64,000 nucleotides of DNA from NCBI GenBank assembly GCA_048128005.1, contig JBEUKZ010000081.1, forward strand, positions 1-64,000, in the 5' to 3' direction. This document shows positions 7,996 to 20,130 of this stretch, in pieces (within the stretch, counting starts at the first letter, position 1; the number at the start of each line of letters is the position of its first letter). The notes below the pieces were generated by a model. The model did not search any database, was not told where the DNA came from, and saw only the letters and a list, made by a program, of their open reading frames with translations. Source of the DNA: Veleropilina oligotropha (taxonomy: Eukaryota). The position numbers and the translations under genes were made by a program.

Positions 7996-10900
7996 TTGTT
8001 TGCAACCGTTAAGATAACGAAAGGCAAGTCAAAAGAAATGTGTTTAATATATATATTATTATCAATTTATCATACTTTACAACATCTCATAGCTAACTAT
8101 ATTGGTAGTATAAAAAATGTCATCCATTTAACTTTACTTATCTCATTATTACTACTATGCGGTGATATTCATGCCAATCCGGGACCATCGAGTGCATATA
8201 TTCAGTCTTCCTGTAAATCCTTTTTTCAGATATTCCACCAAAATATTTTAAGCATTCGCCATAAAATTGATGCATTATCTCAAGCAGTTGCTGAATTTGA
8301 TATATTATGTTTCACAGAAACCCACCTCGATATTAATGTGAGAAATGAAAACCTGACTCTCGACAACTTTGAAATGCCAATACGTAGAGATAGGAACTGC
8401 TATGGGGGAGGCATAGCAATGTATATTAAGAACAATATAATCTTTAGAAGAAGACCAGAACTTGAAAGCTATGTTATTGAAATAATGTGGATAGAAGTAA
8501 ACCTAAAATCGTATAAACTACTCATATGTACAACATACCGACCACCAAACGCACCGCTCTCTTTTTGGTCTCATTTAGAGCAATCAATCTCGTTAGCAAA
8601 CGACACTGGGCTGCCGTTTGTTATTACTGGAGATATTAACGTTAACATGTTGAATCCAGACACGAATAATTTAGCACAGATTCTAAATCTATTTCATTTA
8701 AAAAACATTATACAAGAACCAACTCGCGTAACAAATATTTCGAGCACACTGTCAGATCCAATAATTATACCAGTAGACTTCCCTTTCTTTGACTCGGAAG
8801 TAGTAGATCATTACCTATCAGATCGTAAATCAACCGCCATTACATTATACGCAAGCTTTGAAAAAACTTTATGCTATGAAAGACAAGTTTGGCTATATAA
8901 ACACGCAAATTTCGATAAATTTAATCAACTTTTATCGAATCGAAACTGGCTCGACTCATTAAGCCAATCACTGGATATACATGAAGCAGTTGAGACCTTT
9001 ACCAATACATTCATTTCCATGGCACGAGAATGTATCCCATCACAAAGAGTAACAATAAGGCCGACCGATAAAATGTGGTACACTTCCGAAATTAGAAAAC
9101 TCTATCGAAAGAGAGATACACTATATAAAAAATGCGCTTTACAAAAAAATACATCTACATGTGAAAAATATAAAAACATTAGAAACAAATTAAATAATAT
9201 GATAAAATTTCAAAAGAAAATATTTGATAGCAATGTAAACAACATATTAAGTAACAATAATAATCCTAGGGAGTTTTGGAAAATAGTAAAATCGCTAATA
9301 CATGAGCACAATTATCGCACAATACCACCGTTATCACTCGGAAACGACAAATATGCTTACAGCGATATAGAAATGGCAGTGTGTTTAAATAATTACTTCG
9401 CTACTATTGCACAAACGTTTGATGACGATGACCCACTTCCAATTCTTATTAACAGATGCAATAATACTATTTCAAATATAAATATTACACCACATGACGT
9501 CGAAGATATTATCGCTTCTCTCCCAGTTAATAAAGCCTCGGGACCGGACAAAATTAGTCATCGAATGCTAAAGAGTGTAAAAGATAGTGTGTCATTACCA
9601 CTGTCATTATTATATACAAAATCATTGCAAGATTCTATTTTTCCACAAGCATGGAAACAAGCCACGGTACTGCCATTTTTTTAAAAAGGAGACAAATCCG
9701 CCTCCTCCAACTACCGACCGATATCTCTACTCAGCTGTCTCGGGAAAATATTCGAAAGAATAGTACACAAACACATACATAACTTTTTATTAGAAAATAG
9801 ACTTCTATATCAATACCAAAGTGGCTTCCAACCAGGACACTCGACTATATATCAGCTTATCGAAATATATGATAATATTTGCTGCTCGATGGATAATCAT
9901 GAAAGTGTATGCATTATTTTCTTTGATATATCGAAAGCTTTTGATAAAGTATTGCATAAAGGCTTAATTCACAAACTGGAAAGCTATGGAATAAGTGGAT
10001 CTCTTCTAATGTGGCTATCTAGTTACCTCGCCAATAGACAACAGCAATTATTATAAATGGTGATATTTCCAACTCAATGGAATTAAAGGCCGGTGTCCCA
10101 CAAGGTTCCGTGCTAGGCCCATTACTATTTCTTCTTTTTGTTAATGATCTACCTGACCACTTAAATACTGAGACGAGACTATTTGCAGATGATACATCCA
10201 TTTCTGCTTCCTCCATAAATATAGCCGAGATGGAAAATCCATTAAACGAATCACTAGCAACAGTGCACACTTGGTCACGAGATTGGCATGTTAAATTTAA
10301 TCCTGAAAAAACTAAAGGGCTTTTCCTAACTAATCACGATCGAACTGCACCTGATTTAATTTTTGACAATGTCCCTATCTCGTTTGAAAATTGCCATAAA
10401 CATCTTGGAATCACCCTATCAAATAATGCTAAATGGAAATCGCACATAGATAATATTATCAAATCATGCAGCAAGATGCTCGGTGTCATGAGAAAACTCA
10501 ATAGTGACACTCTACATTCAATGTATACTTCGTACATTAGACCAATATTAGAGTATGGATCAGAAGTGTGGGTCGGGCTGTCTGCTACAGATAGCCATAG
10601 TCTCGACTTGCTGCAGCATGAGACCATGAGAATCATTACAGGCTTACCTAGATATACGTCGATAGAAACATTATATGGTGAAACAGGACTCCAAACGCTA
10701 GAGAAAAGGAGAATTAATAAACTAAACATGTTAATGTATAAAATCGTAAATAAAATAACACCAACCTACTTGACAAATAAACTACCTCCAACTATTGAAG
10801 AAATCACCCCTTACCCTCTTCGAAATTCTTCAAATATAAGAAATACTACACGCCGACTAGACTTAAGTAATAGATCATTTTTCCCAACAGCTATTGCACT

Positions 10901-11330
10901 ATGGAATACACTAGAACTAAATACGCGCAATGCACCTACTATAAAAGAGTTTAAAGCACACATATCAAACAAACCATCTCAGCATAAAATGTATTATATT
11001 AAATCGCGAATGTTTGAAGTCCTGCATCGCAAATTAAGATGCGAAACAAGCCCTTTGAATAACGACCTATATAATCACCACATAATACTTTAATAGCCAA
11101 CTTCCTTTGCACATGTGGCCCAGTACGAGAAGATACTTATCATTATTTTTTTATATGCTCACAATACGAGCAACAAAGACGAATACTCATTGACAAATTA
11201 AGCTTTCTCAATGAAATTACGCTAGATATTATCCTTTATGGTGATACCACACTCAACAAATTGCAAAACGAACACATCTTTAAAGCTACCCAATCATTCA
11301 TCCAATCCAGTAAACGTTTTCTAGTAAATG
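7996..11330 (+). pseudogene. LINE ORF2 (AP endonuclease + reverse transcriptase) broken by at least three frameshifts
   Basis: FTETH, YRPP and GDIN endonuclease motifs; NYRPISLLS, DISKAFD, GVPQGSVLGP and FADD RT motifs lie in different frames (breaks near 9680, 10040 and 11090). A Cys/His C-terminal motif continues past 11093. Confidence 0.85.
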
Positions 11331-11690
11331 ACTTGCCTTAATGTAATGTAATGAAATGTAATGTTGTATAATGGACAATGCTTCATCGAATTCATTTCGT
11401 TTAGTACCAGCAAATACAATACATGTGTTACTAAATGTAGCAAATGATAATTATATTACTCTTCTTCATCACTATCAGTATATTTCAGAAATCGCAATGC
11501 ATAGCATGTTATGTACATATCACACCACGTTTCTGCACAATATTTGTATAACATCATCTTATCACATTGTATTGTCATCTTGTATTGTATTATAAACATT
11601 CCTTGTAGGGAGAGGGTACACAGATAAGTTTTGTAACTTTTTACCCGATCCCATCCATTATTTGGAATAAATATGTTTAAACTAAACTAA

Positions 11691-12422
11691 GGCATGCTTG
11701 GAATGGCCTCTAGATGCGTATATTGTATAATCGTAGTTTCTTTGTATAATTGCGTTCATGTTCCATTAAGCTAGCAGTTTTCACTTAAATATATTGTGAA
11801 TATCTTACTGACCTAAAATGTCGCGAATGTATGTGGCTACGCTCGGTGGTCTTGCTATATTAAATAATTTGTAAAAACGAATAATATTATATTTTATTTT
11901 TTAAATAATTATATCTTTATGAGAAGAAAAGACATATCGACAATTTTGAGGAGCAGTGATAATATCGGAAGGAGAGGGATATTATTTAACATGTACTTGT
12001 ATGGGCATTCATCCCCACTCCATCCGATGTTCTGGAACGGTTATTACGTGAATAAAAAGACTATTTCCATTGAATATCCCACAAACAGGATTTCTATCGA
12101 TACGACATAATCAACGTATATATCTGTTGTTTGTTCCAAGTAAATTCATTTTTAATGGCAGCCATGCTGTATTCTTTGCAAAAGAACCACACTTTTGGAT
12201 TATATGTCACGTGAATTATCATTGGCTTTCCATTGGACAATGGCCAAAAGGTTGGGCCGATATCGTCCAGAAATAGCGACTATCCCTATTTCTGAACGAC
12301 ATCGTGCAAGTCAAAAAGTTGTGTCTTGTGGGCTGTTTAGACGGGCAGATTCGCACCTCAACTTGTCTGCCAACTAGTTCGACGATTAGTTGGACGACAA
12401 ATTGACTCGTGTAAAACCAGCT
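11691..12422 (+). mobile_element. 3' part of Harbinger-type MITE M1
   Basis: Ends TCGTGTAAAACCAGCT|TTA; matches about 30480-31192. Confidence 0.75.
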
Positions 12423-14689
12423 TTAGAGAGAAGGGCACGATCTGTGGTCACATTTCCGCATTAATCATGCTTATTATAATTTGTTTGCCGTCCGTAATCG
12501 TTCTTCGAATGTTCACTAGACTTCAAAATAATTGTGTTTGAATTACAGTCAATGATAGTTCAGCAGCTTCCCTTGCCATGAGAACCACCAAACGGTCGCA
12601 TTATGCGACTGCGTAATAATGATTCAATATGCACGGAGAGATTTATAAATTTTCAAACAGTAAACCTTGCGATTTGATATGACCTAGGAAAATTTGCGCG
12701 TATTATGATGGTCGTTAAACCGATACTTTATACACGACACTGCACAGAAACAGAAGGATGGCAAGCTAACGCCGCGGATGCTTTTCGTCTACGTATAGGT
12801 TAGATGGCAGATTGCAGGGTCTTATAAAAAAAGAAGGCGTGTCCGTAGGACGAGCCAAATTTTTAATAAGGGTCTACAATCTGCCGTCTAACCGACTTAG
12901 AGGCTCCGTTTCATTTATCCACACAAATTAATTCTTATTGTCAAATTTGACAAACTGTTAAATTTATCGAAACAATATTCATTACTAAATAATTTGCTTT
13001 TTTAACATTATCTTAAGAAAATGAATATGAAGATTATTACCCGTCATCCCTATTCCGAATAATAGGCAAGGTATCGCGAATAAAAGAGTGCCGTCTTCAG
13101 CAATAAGTGACGAAAAATACTGCTTTCTCATTGGACGAAAAATGAAAGGGCTTCTAAATTATATATTGCATGAATTGGATGGTTGTTGGTTGGTAACTTC
13201 ATTTTGCGATCCTGCATTTCACTACTTCGTAACTAAGTAAGATTCGACATGTGAACTATGCCATCAATGCACCAATTCCGAAAAAGCAATCTCGTGGTAT
13301 ATTAACTTTATTGCACTAATAACATGACGTAAGCATTTTCAACATCTAGTTTTACGTAAAGTACATAGAACTAATTATTCTAGATTGTTCTTTTGTGACG
13401 ACGAATGATATTTAAATATGTTGGATGTGACCAGAATTATTCATTGCAATTATTACGCCAACAAGATATAATGTTACTTGGCATAGTCTAGATGCAAAGT
13501 TTGATACAAAACTATTTCACATGAATCTGTTCAACTGTCAGCTACCAGAAACCACAAAGGTAAGTAGACGTTCGATATTGACCAATTTGGTACCTGCATC
13601 ACAATATGTTGATGATAAATAAGGTCAAAACGAAGAAAATAATCAGTAAAATGTATACATAGCTATTGTAATACTCCATAAAATACCGATCAAGACATAA
13701 AAATGACATCAACATATGTCAATTACGGATCTTTTTTAATTTGTAATTGATTGTTGATGAGAGATCTAGTGGTTTCATTCCAATGTATAGTGAAGGAGTC
13801 ATTGAAGAAGACCGAAGACGATAGCACAAATCAGAATGAAGTTTCATTCGATGAGCTACTTGAGAACGTCGCCGCTTATTAACAAACAGACAACGCAAAT
13901 ATGTATAATCCTCGAAGATGAGCATCAATAGCATTATCCGGCGAATGATTCCCTGTTCATTTGATTCTTTCGTAGTCGCCATTTTGGGTAATCATGTGTT
14001 GCCGTGGTCGAAAAGATTGATTTTATCATCTCGCCGTAAACGGCAAAAGTTGCTCGTTCACCGCACAAGGGCAACTTTTGTCTTCAACAGTAAACATCCT
14101 GAATATTATTTTTGTATCCAGAGTCTTCATCACCAGATCGTTGCACATTGGCGATGTTTATGCTTTCGGCCAACATTGCTCGTCGCAAGCAACAAACTAA
14201 AAGTTGTCCGTGTGTGTGGAGCTTTATTCCGCATATTTATTATATTGAGATTTATCTTACAAAAGAAATATTGTTTTTACCTTATGAGACTTTCGTCTGC
14301 TCTGAACGACAGTCTTCGTCACCAGATCTTTGCACATTTTTATTATATTGATATTTATATTATACAAGCCATATTGTTTTTAGCTTGTGAGACTTTCGTC
14401 TGCTCTGAACAGCAGACTTCATCAGACTGACCTTCGATCTCGACCGCTAGGTAATAGCACGTCGAGTACCCTGCCGTACAGGTGTGAGATCTCGAGCACG
14501 TAATCTAGGCAGAGTTGTGATTTCTTTCGCGTGAATAGTCGAGATCTCACACATATAATCTTCAACACAGATGAGGATAAAATATTCGTGTTCTTGTGAC
14601 TATCCTTCGTGCGTTGCTTTGTTTACATTGGAGTATATAGTGGTGTCATTATTTGAGATACCAGATAGTAGAGAACTACAATCGTCCAG

Positions 14690-17523
14690 AAATGGAGTTC
14701 TTTATAGACCACCAGGCCAGGATATTGATATATTTCAAGAAAACTTAAATAAGATATTGTCCAAAATAAATAATGAAGGTAAAACATGTTACTTATCTGG
14801 AGATTTTAATATAGACTTATTAAAATGTGAACAACACTCGAGCACAGAAAACTTTTTCAATAACTTGATATCTTTCTCATTTTATCCATTGATAACCCGG
14901 CCAACGAGAATTACGGCACAATCGGCAACTCTGATAGATAATATATTCACCAACAATATGATAAATGACATCAAAACTGGTATCCTATTTGCTGATGTGT
15001 CAGACCATTTACCAGTGTTCCAAATAACCAACACCAGCACTGTCAACATTGATAAACCCAACAATAATTATAAACGAATATTTAATGAACATAGCAAACA
15101 AAGGTTTAACGATGAACTTGCTTTGTCTAACTGGGACGATGTGTATTCAGAACCAGACACCAACAATGCATTTGGTAACTTTTTCACAAAATACAAAAAC
15201 ATTTATGACAAGCACTTCCCATTTAAAAAGATGAAAACTAATAAATCGAACGGTAAACCATGGCTGACAGCTGGACTTATCACGTCATGTAACAGAAAAA
15301 ATAAACTTTACAGACAGTTTTTAAATAAGAAAACTGAGAAATCACTTACTAAATATAAAGCATACAAAAACAAGTTAAAACATCTAATACAAATTACCAA
15401 GCGAAACTATTATGCTAATAAACTTGAAAACACAAAAGGGAACTTGAAAGAAACTTGGAAAATTATCAAATCCGTCATCAATAAAAATAATTACTCGGCA
15501 CTACCTTCAGAATTTATACATAACGACAACAAAATTATAGGAGATAAGAACATTGCCAAGCATTTTAATGATTATTTTACTAATATTGGACCACAGCTTG
15601 CAAAAAAAATCCCACCTGTTCAATATGATTTCAAAGAATACATGAGCGAAAATTATGCCAACTCTTTTTACTTTATGCCAGTCGATGAGCCTGAGGTTTC
15701 AGCGATTATCTCAAACTTTAAAAACGATAAAAGCTGTGGCCATGACGGCATATCAGTAAATGTCATGAAGGCATCTTCCAATTATATCTTGTCGCCACTT
15801 GTAAATATTTTAAATAAATCCTTCATATCTGGCATCGTTCCAGACTTGTTAAAAATAGCTAAGGTAACACCCATTTTTAAAAGTGAAGACTCGTCTAAAT
15901 TTACCAACTACAGACCAATATCAGTGCTCCCGTTATTTTCTAAACTATTTGAAAAAGCGACATATAATAGATTACTGAATTATATAACTTCAAATAATAT
16001 TCTTTATAAAAAACAATTCGGTTTTCGTCAAAACCACTCGACATTTATGGCACTTATTGAATTGATGGATGAAATTACACAAGCAAAAGATAAGCAAGAA
16101 TATACAATTGGGGTGTTTATAGATTTGTCAAAGGCATTCGACACAGTTAATCACGAGATCCTCTTAAAGAAACTTTACCATTATGGTATTCGCGGACTTG
16201 CTTTGGACTGGTTCAAAGACTACTTAACAAATAGAAAACAGTATGTGTCAGTGAACTCAGAAAAATCGTTACTGAATGACATTTCATGTGGTGTGCCTCA
16301 GGGATCGATACTTGGTCCATTACTATTTATTTTATACGTTAATGATCTGGCAAATACATCTGCATTACTAATATTTATATTATTTGCCGATGATACTAAT
16401 ATATTCTTCAGGCACAAAAATTTTCTTTCAATGATGTCAATAATAAATGAAGAACTAAAAAAAGTCACACTCTGGTTTAAAGTAAATAAACTATCATTAA
16501 ATGTAAAGAAGACAAGCTATATTATTTTCACTTCACCTACAAAACAATATCCTGATACATATTCCCTAACGATTGATGGAATAATAATTGATCAGGTAAA
16601 TTCTGCAAAATTCCTCGGAGTAACTGTCGATGCAAACACCACATGGAATGCTCATATAAAAAGTATTGAATCAAAAGTTGCCAAAAATATTGGAATATTA
16701 TTTAAATTAAAAAAGTCACTTCCAACAAGAATTTTGCCTATGATATATTCCACTTTAATATTACCATATTTCCAATATTGTGCAATTATTTGGGCAAGTA
16801 CCTATAAGACAAAATTGCATAAGTTATTCTTATTGCAAAAACGTGCAATACGGTTAATATCTGCTGCTGGCTATTTGGAACATTCCTTGCCTTTATTTAT
16901 AAATCTTAGACAGTTAACAATTTATGATATACATAAGTTTCAAATGGCTTCATTCATGTATAAATATCATCTAAATAAGTTACCGATTGCCTTTTCAAAT
17001 TTCTTTAGGACAAATTATGATATACATCATCATAATACAAGAAATAAAGATAAGTATCATATTGAAATCTGTCGCACCACAGCACGATATCACACAGTGA
17101 AATATCATGGCCCACGTATATGGAATAGTCTTGATTTGTCCCTTAGAAACTCACAATCACTATCACAATTCAGAACCCACTACAAAAAGATTTTATTAAA
17201 TGGCTATCTACAGTGACATAATAATTTCATCATTATTGATTTTAAATATTTTGTTTAGTTACAATATTTCCTTAAAAATATAATTACTAATAATATTTAA
17301 ACACAGCTACACCTGGGTGGTCTACTAATAAGCCCTTTGGGTTTCAAAAGATCTCCCAGCCATGATCAATGTATGTACATATCTTCTTAACTATACTATT
17401 ATAAAACTTTAATACATATTATATTTCATATACAATAGTATACTGTATATTAGTCATATGCATAATATGTACAGACATTGTATTACTTGGCAAAATAAAT
17501 TTGATTTGATTGATTGATTTGAT
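14690..17523 (+). mobile_element. 5'-truncated CR1/L2-group LINE inserted in the intron of acyl-CoA synthetase copy 1
   Basis: The empty site ATCGTCCAG-TC-ATAATATAATG is present in copies 2-4. The insert ends AATAAA + (GATTT/GATT)n; there is no TSD and 2 bp are lost. Confidence 0.9.
14692..17216 (+). CDS. LINE ORF2 remnant: partial endonuclease plus uninterrupted reverse transcriptase
   Basis: YRPP, GDFN, SDHLP, DLSKAFD, GVPQGSILGP and FADD in one frame. The first ~40 aa of the 881-aa track ORF come from host intron. Confidence 0.85.
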
Positions 17524-17592
17524 ATAATATAATGCGTATACAAATAGTATACATTCATGCTCATAATTTGCAATTACACTTTACATTTGCAG

Positions 17593-19233
17593 ATGTCGAA
17601 TTCTTCTTATCGGTGTAATCCACGGTCGATACCGTATATTCATGACACTTTTCCAGCGTTAATGGCAAAGTGGGCTGAAAATCAGGGAGAAAAGGAGGCC
17701 GTTGTTATATATTATCCAGATAACAGTCGACACCGTATTACTTTTAATGAAATTTATGAAAAGGCTGGGAAAGTGGCCGCGTATTTATTACAACACGGAA
17801 TAAAAGAGGGTGACGTCGTAACTATTGCGATTCCCAATCGAATATCTTGGATTGTGTGCGCGCTTGGAACTCTGATGGCGAGAGCTGTTGTCGTATCAAC
17901 AGATATGGCGGATCTTGTTCACTGTGCTAACGAAACCAAATCCAGAATTATCTTTATGTATGCGGGAAGTGAGGAAACCGAAATGGCAAATGTAGACGAA
18001 GTCATAAACCATTCACTAAATGAAATGCCTTCGGTTGAGTTAGTGGTCCTGACTGAATCTATACAACCTGGTATAATGGAAAGCCATCCTATGCTGGAAT
18101 TGTTAGAAATAGTAACCGATAGCGACCATATGCATGTTCCACTGCCGACGACGGATCCCGATGATGTAGCTTTCCTTTTTCACACAAGTGGTAGCACCGG
18201 CTCACCAAAACTTATTGCTTATAGCTACTTTCATTGTATGAATCTGATGGGATATGGATCGTGGGAAGGTGCGGTATATTTCAACGACAGACCATTCGCC
18301 TGGGTGGCTGGCATGCCGTATGCAACTTTTATATATGGAGCCACAGCAGTTTCCATGGATACGAAAGATACAATATATAATAAGGATATTTCAAATTTGT
18401 GCGAAATAATAAGCAAGGAAGAATGTACTGGAGCACTTTTAATGAGTTACATTCTACGCGATTTGAATGATGTTCCCGACGACATTATTTCCAAAATGAA
18501 GTTGAAAACGGTTCTATTACTTGGTCAACGCATAACTACAAAGGATATTCAGGTCATTGAAAGACTGAATTGCCAAGCACTCATCCTATATGGATCAACG
18601 GAAATAGGCGTGACGACGGGTATGATACTACCAACACCTGATGGTAAATACAAATATACAGATGGACTATGTGGCGATACTCTACCCGGAGTTGAGTCGA
18701 AGATTACATCCGATGGCTGTGTGTTGCCAGACGGTGTCATTGGCGATGTCTTTCAACGGCGAAGCATGATAAACAAACGTCATTTCGTAAATGGAAAATA
18801 TTTAGAAATTCCTTTGGATAAAGGCTGGATGAAAACTGGAGACTTAGGATATATGTCAGAAGACGGATTGGTAATCGTAGGACGATCAATGGAGACAATA
18901 AAGCGTGGATCAAGGCTGATATATCCCCTCGAGGTTGAAAAGGAAATTCTACGTTGCCCGGATGTCGCAAAGGTAGCGGCAATTGATGTGCCTGATGATC
19001 GGCTATATAACGAAATATGTGCTTGCGTCGTTCTCCAAGAACATGTCGAACTTACCCAACAGCAGTTGAAAGACAAACTAGGTGCATTGTTTAGTAATGC
19101 AGCCTTCGATGGCATTGGTATAAAACCGAAGTATTACTTTGCGCTTGATGATCTGCCTGTGAATAAAAATGGTAAACTAGACCGAAAAAAGCTGCGATCA
19201 TTGGCTTGCTCCATGATTGAAAAGAGGTTATAA
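17593..19233 (+). CDS. Acyl-CoA synthetase / AMP-binding enzyme (ANL superfamily), copy 1
   Basis: TSGSTGSPK, YGSTE, TGDLG, GR..E.IK.G..IYPLEVE and P...NGK motifs. The ATG directly follows a TTTGCAG acceptor; likely donor AG|GTAAGT at 13560. Confidence 0.9.
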   Translation: MSNSSYRCNPRSIPYIHDTFPALMAKWAENQGEKEAVVIYYPDNSRHRITFNEIYEKAGKVAAYLLQHGIKEGDVVTIAIPNRISWIVCALGTLMARAVVVSTDMADLVHCANETKSRIIFMYAGSEETEMANVDEVINHSLNEMPSVELVVLTESIQPGIMESHPMLELLEIVTDSDHMHVPLPTTDPDDVAFLFHTSGSTGSPKLIAYSYFHCMNLMGYGSWEGAVYFNDRPFAWVAGMPYATFIYGATAVSMDTKDTIYNKDISNLCEIISKEECTGALLMSYILRDLNDVPDDIISKMKLKTVLLLGQRITTKDIQVIERLNCQALILYGSTEIGVTTGMILPTPDGKYKYTDGLCGDTLPGVESKITSDGCVLPDGVIGDVFQRRSMINKRHFVNGKYLEIPLDKGWMKTGDLGYMSEDGLVIVGRSMETIKRGSRLIYPLEVEKEILRCPDVAKVAAIDVPDDRLYNEICACVVLQEHVELTQQQLKDKLGALFSNAAFDGIGIKPKYYFALDDLPVNKNGKLDRKKLRSLACSMIEKRL

Positions 19234-19879
19234 ATAATAAATAGACATTAAATAATACATTATATTTGGATCGGATTTCTATAGTAATCAGAGGACGAAT
19301 AATTAAACATTTATCCTGGATGTTAATTTAGTAATAAGCGAATAAACGCATATGTAAATCACTATTACCTCTTCGTGGTAGAAATCGTCACCACAATGGC
19401 GGCATGGCGATGAATGACATTGTTTTAGTCTCAAAATCACTTACTAAGTGGTTTCGCGGCATTTTAAAACTATTTCAATGTATACCGGTGCTTAAATTTG
19501 GAAAACTGTTTATTTTCACTGTAATAATAATAGGAACTTAGAAATATATAAATATATATATATATATAAATGTATAATTATGATTTTGATGTTATAAATA
19601 ACATGTTTTGAAGACCGTGTGACCATTTCTGATCAATCGTAGTAATTAACAAGACCGATGCGCTCGAAATATGTCTCTATATCTATTTACCGATCGATAT
19701 CTCCACACCCTCTAACTCGCTAAAAAATACTTCAAATAATTGTGCATTCAAAATGTAAATATCATGAATTTAAGCATGCGCAATATCCGCATGCCACACG
19801 AGCCGTATTCAGCTATGATTATAGGATGCTTAATCCAATAGATTTACTTCGAATATCGAGAAGTCATGAATATGACAGT

Positions 19880-20130
19880 GGAACTCTTTTGGTGATGCCA
19901 GGCTGATCCTCTGGTGCAGGTCGACCAGGGGCGAGCCAAAGTGCTCGGTCCATCGTCTTAATTGATCATGCACAGAGGTAAGGGCCCGTCCGGTGTTGCC
20001 TAACGTATTCTTGATTGATTTGTCGGTTTGCTGATATTTCTCAGCCAACTTCTATGTAGCTCAACCAGTATATTTGCTTAATTTCCCGGAGCATTATTGA
20101 ATATGTGACATTTACCTTTCCTTCGAACTG
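19880..20130 (-). pseudogene. Decayed RTE-clade LINE fragment (also at about 24600-24860 and 46280-46540)
   Basis: Translation ...IKNTLG...LTSVHDQLRRWTEHF resembles the RTE ORF linker motif; carried in three duplicated units. Confidence 0.5.

Larger units (their letters stand above)
6718..11690 (+). mobile_element. Two-ORF non-LTR retrotransposon (CR1/RTEX-like), 5' end missing, ORF2 frameshifted
   Basis: ORF1 plus APE-RT ORF2; 3' end AATAAA...(TAAAC)n. The 3' flank resumes inside the MITE sequence seen uninterrupted at about 30475. Confidence 0.85.

Noticed and set aside
13918..14430. Recurrent ORFs ending ACETFVCSEQQTSSD (also 21739, 49116, 61460)
   Set aside because: They lie in the predicted intron, differ in length and frame between copies, and recur only because of the duplication.
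14571..14689. N-terminus of the 881-aa ORF as genuine LINE protein
   Set aside because: It is host intron sequence present in all four units, upstream of the insertion point.
17593..19233. Luciferase assignment
   Set aside because: Only generic ANL motifs are visible; nothing in the sequence specifies substrate or light emission.
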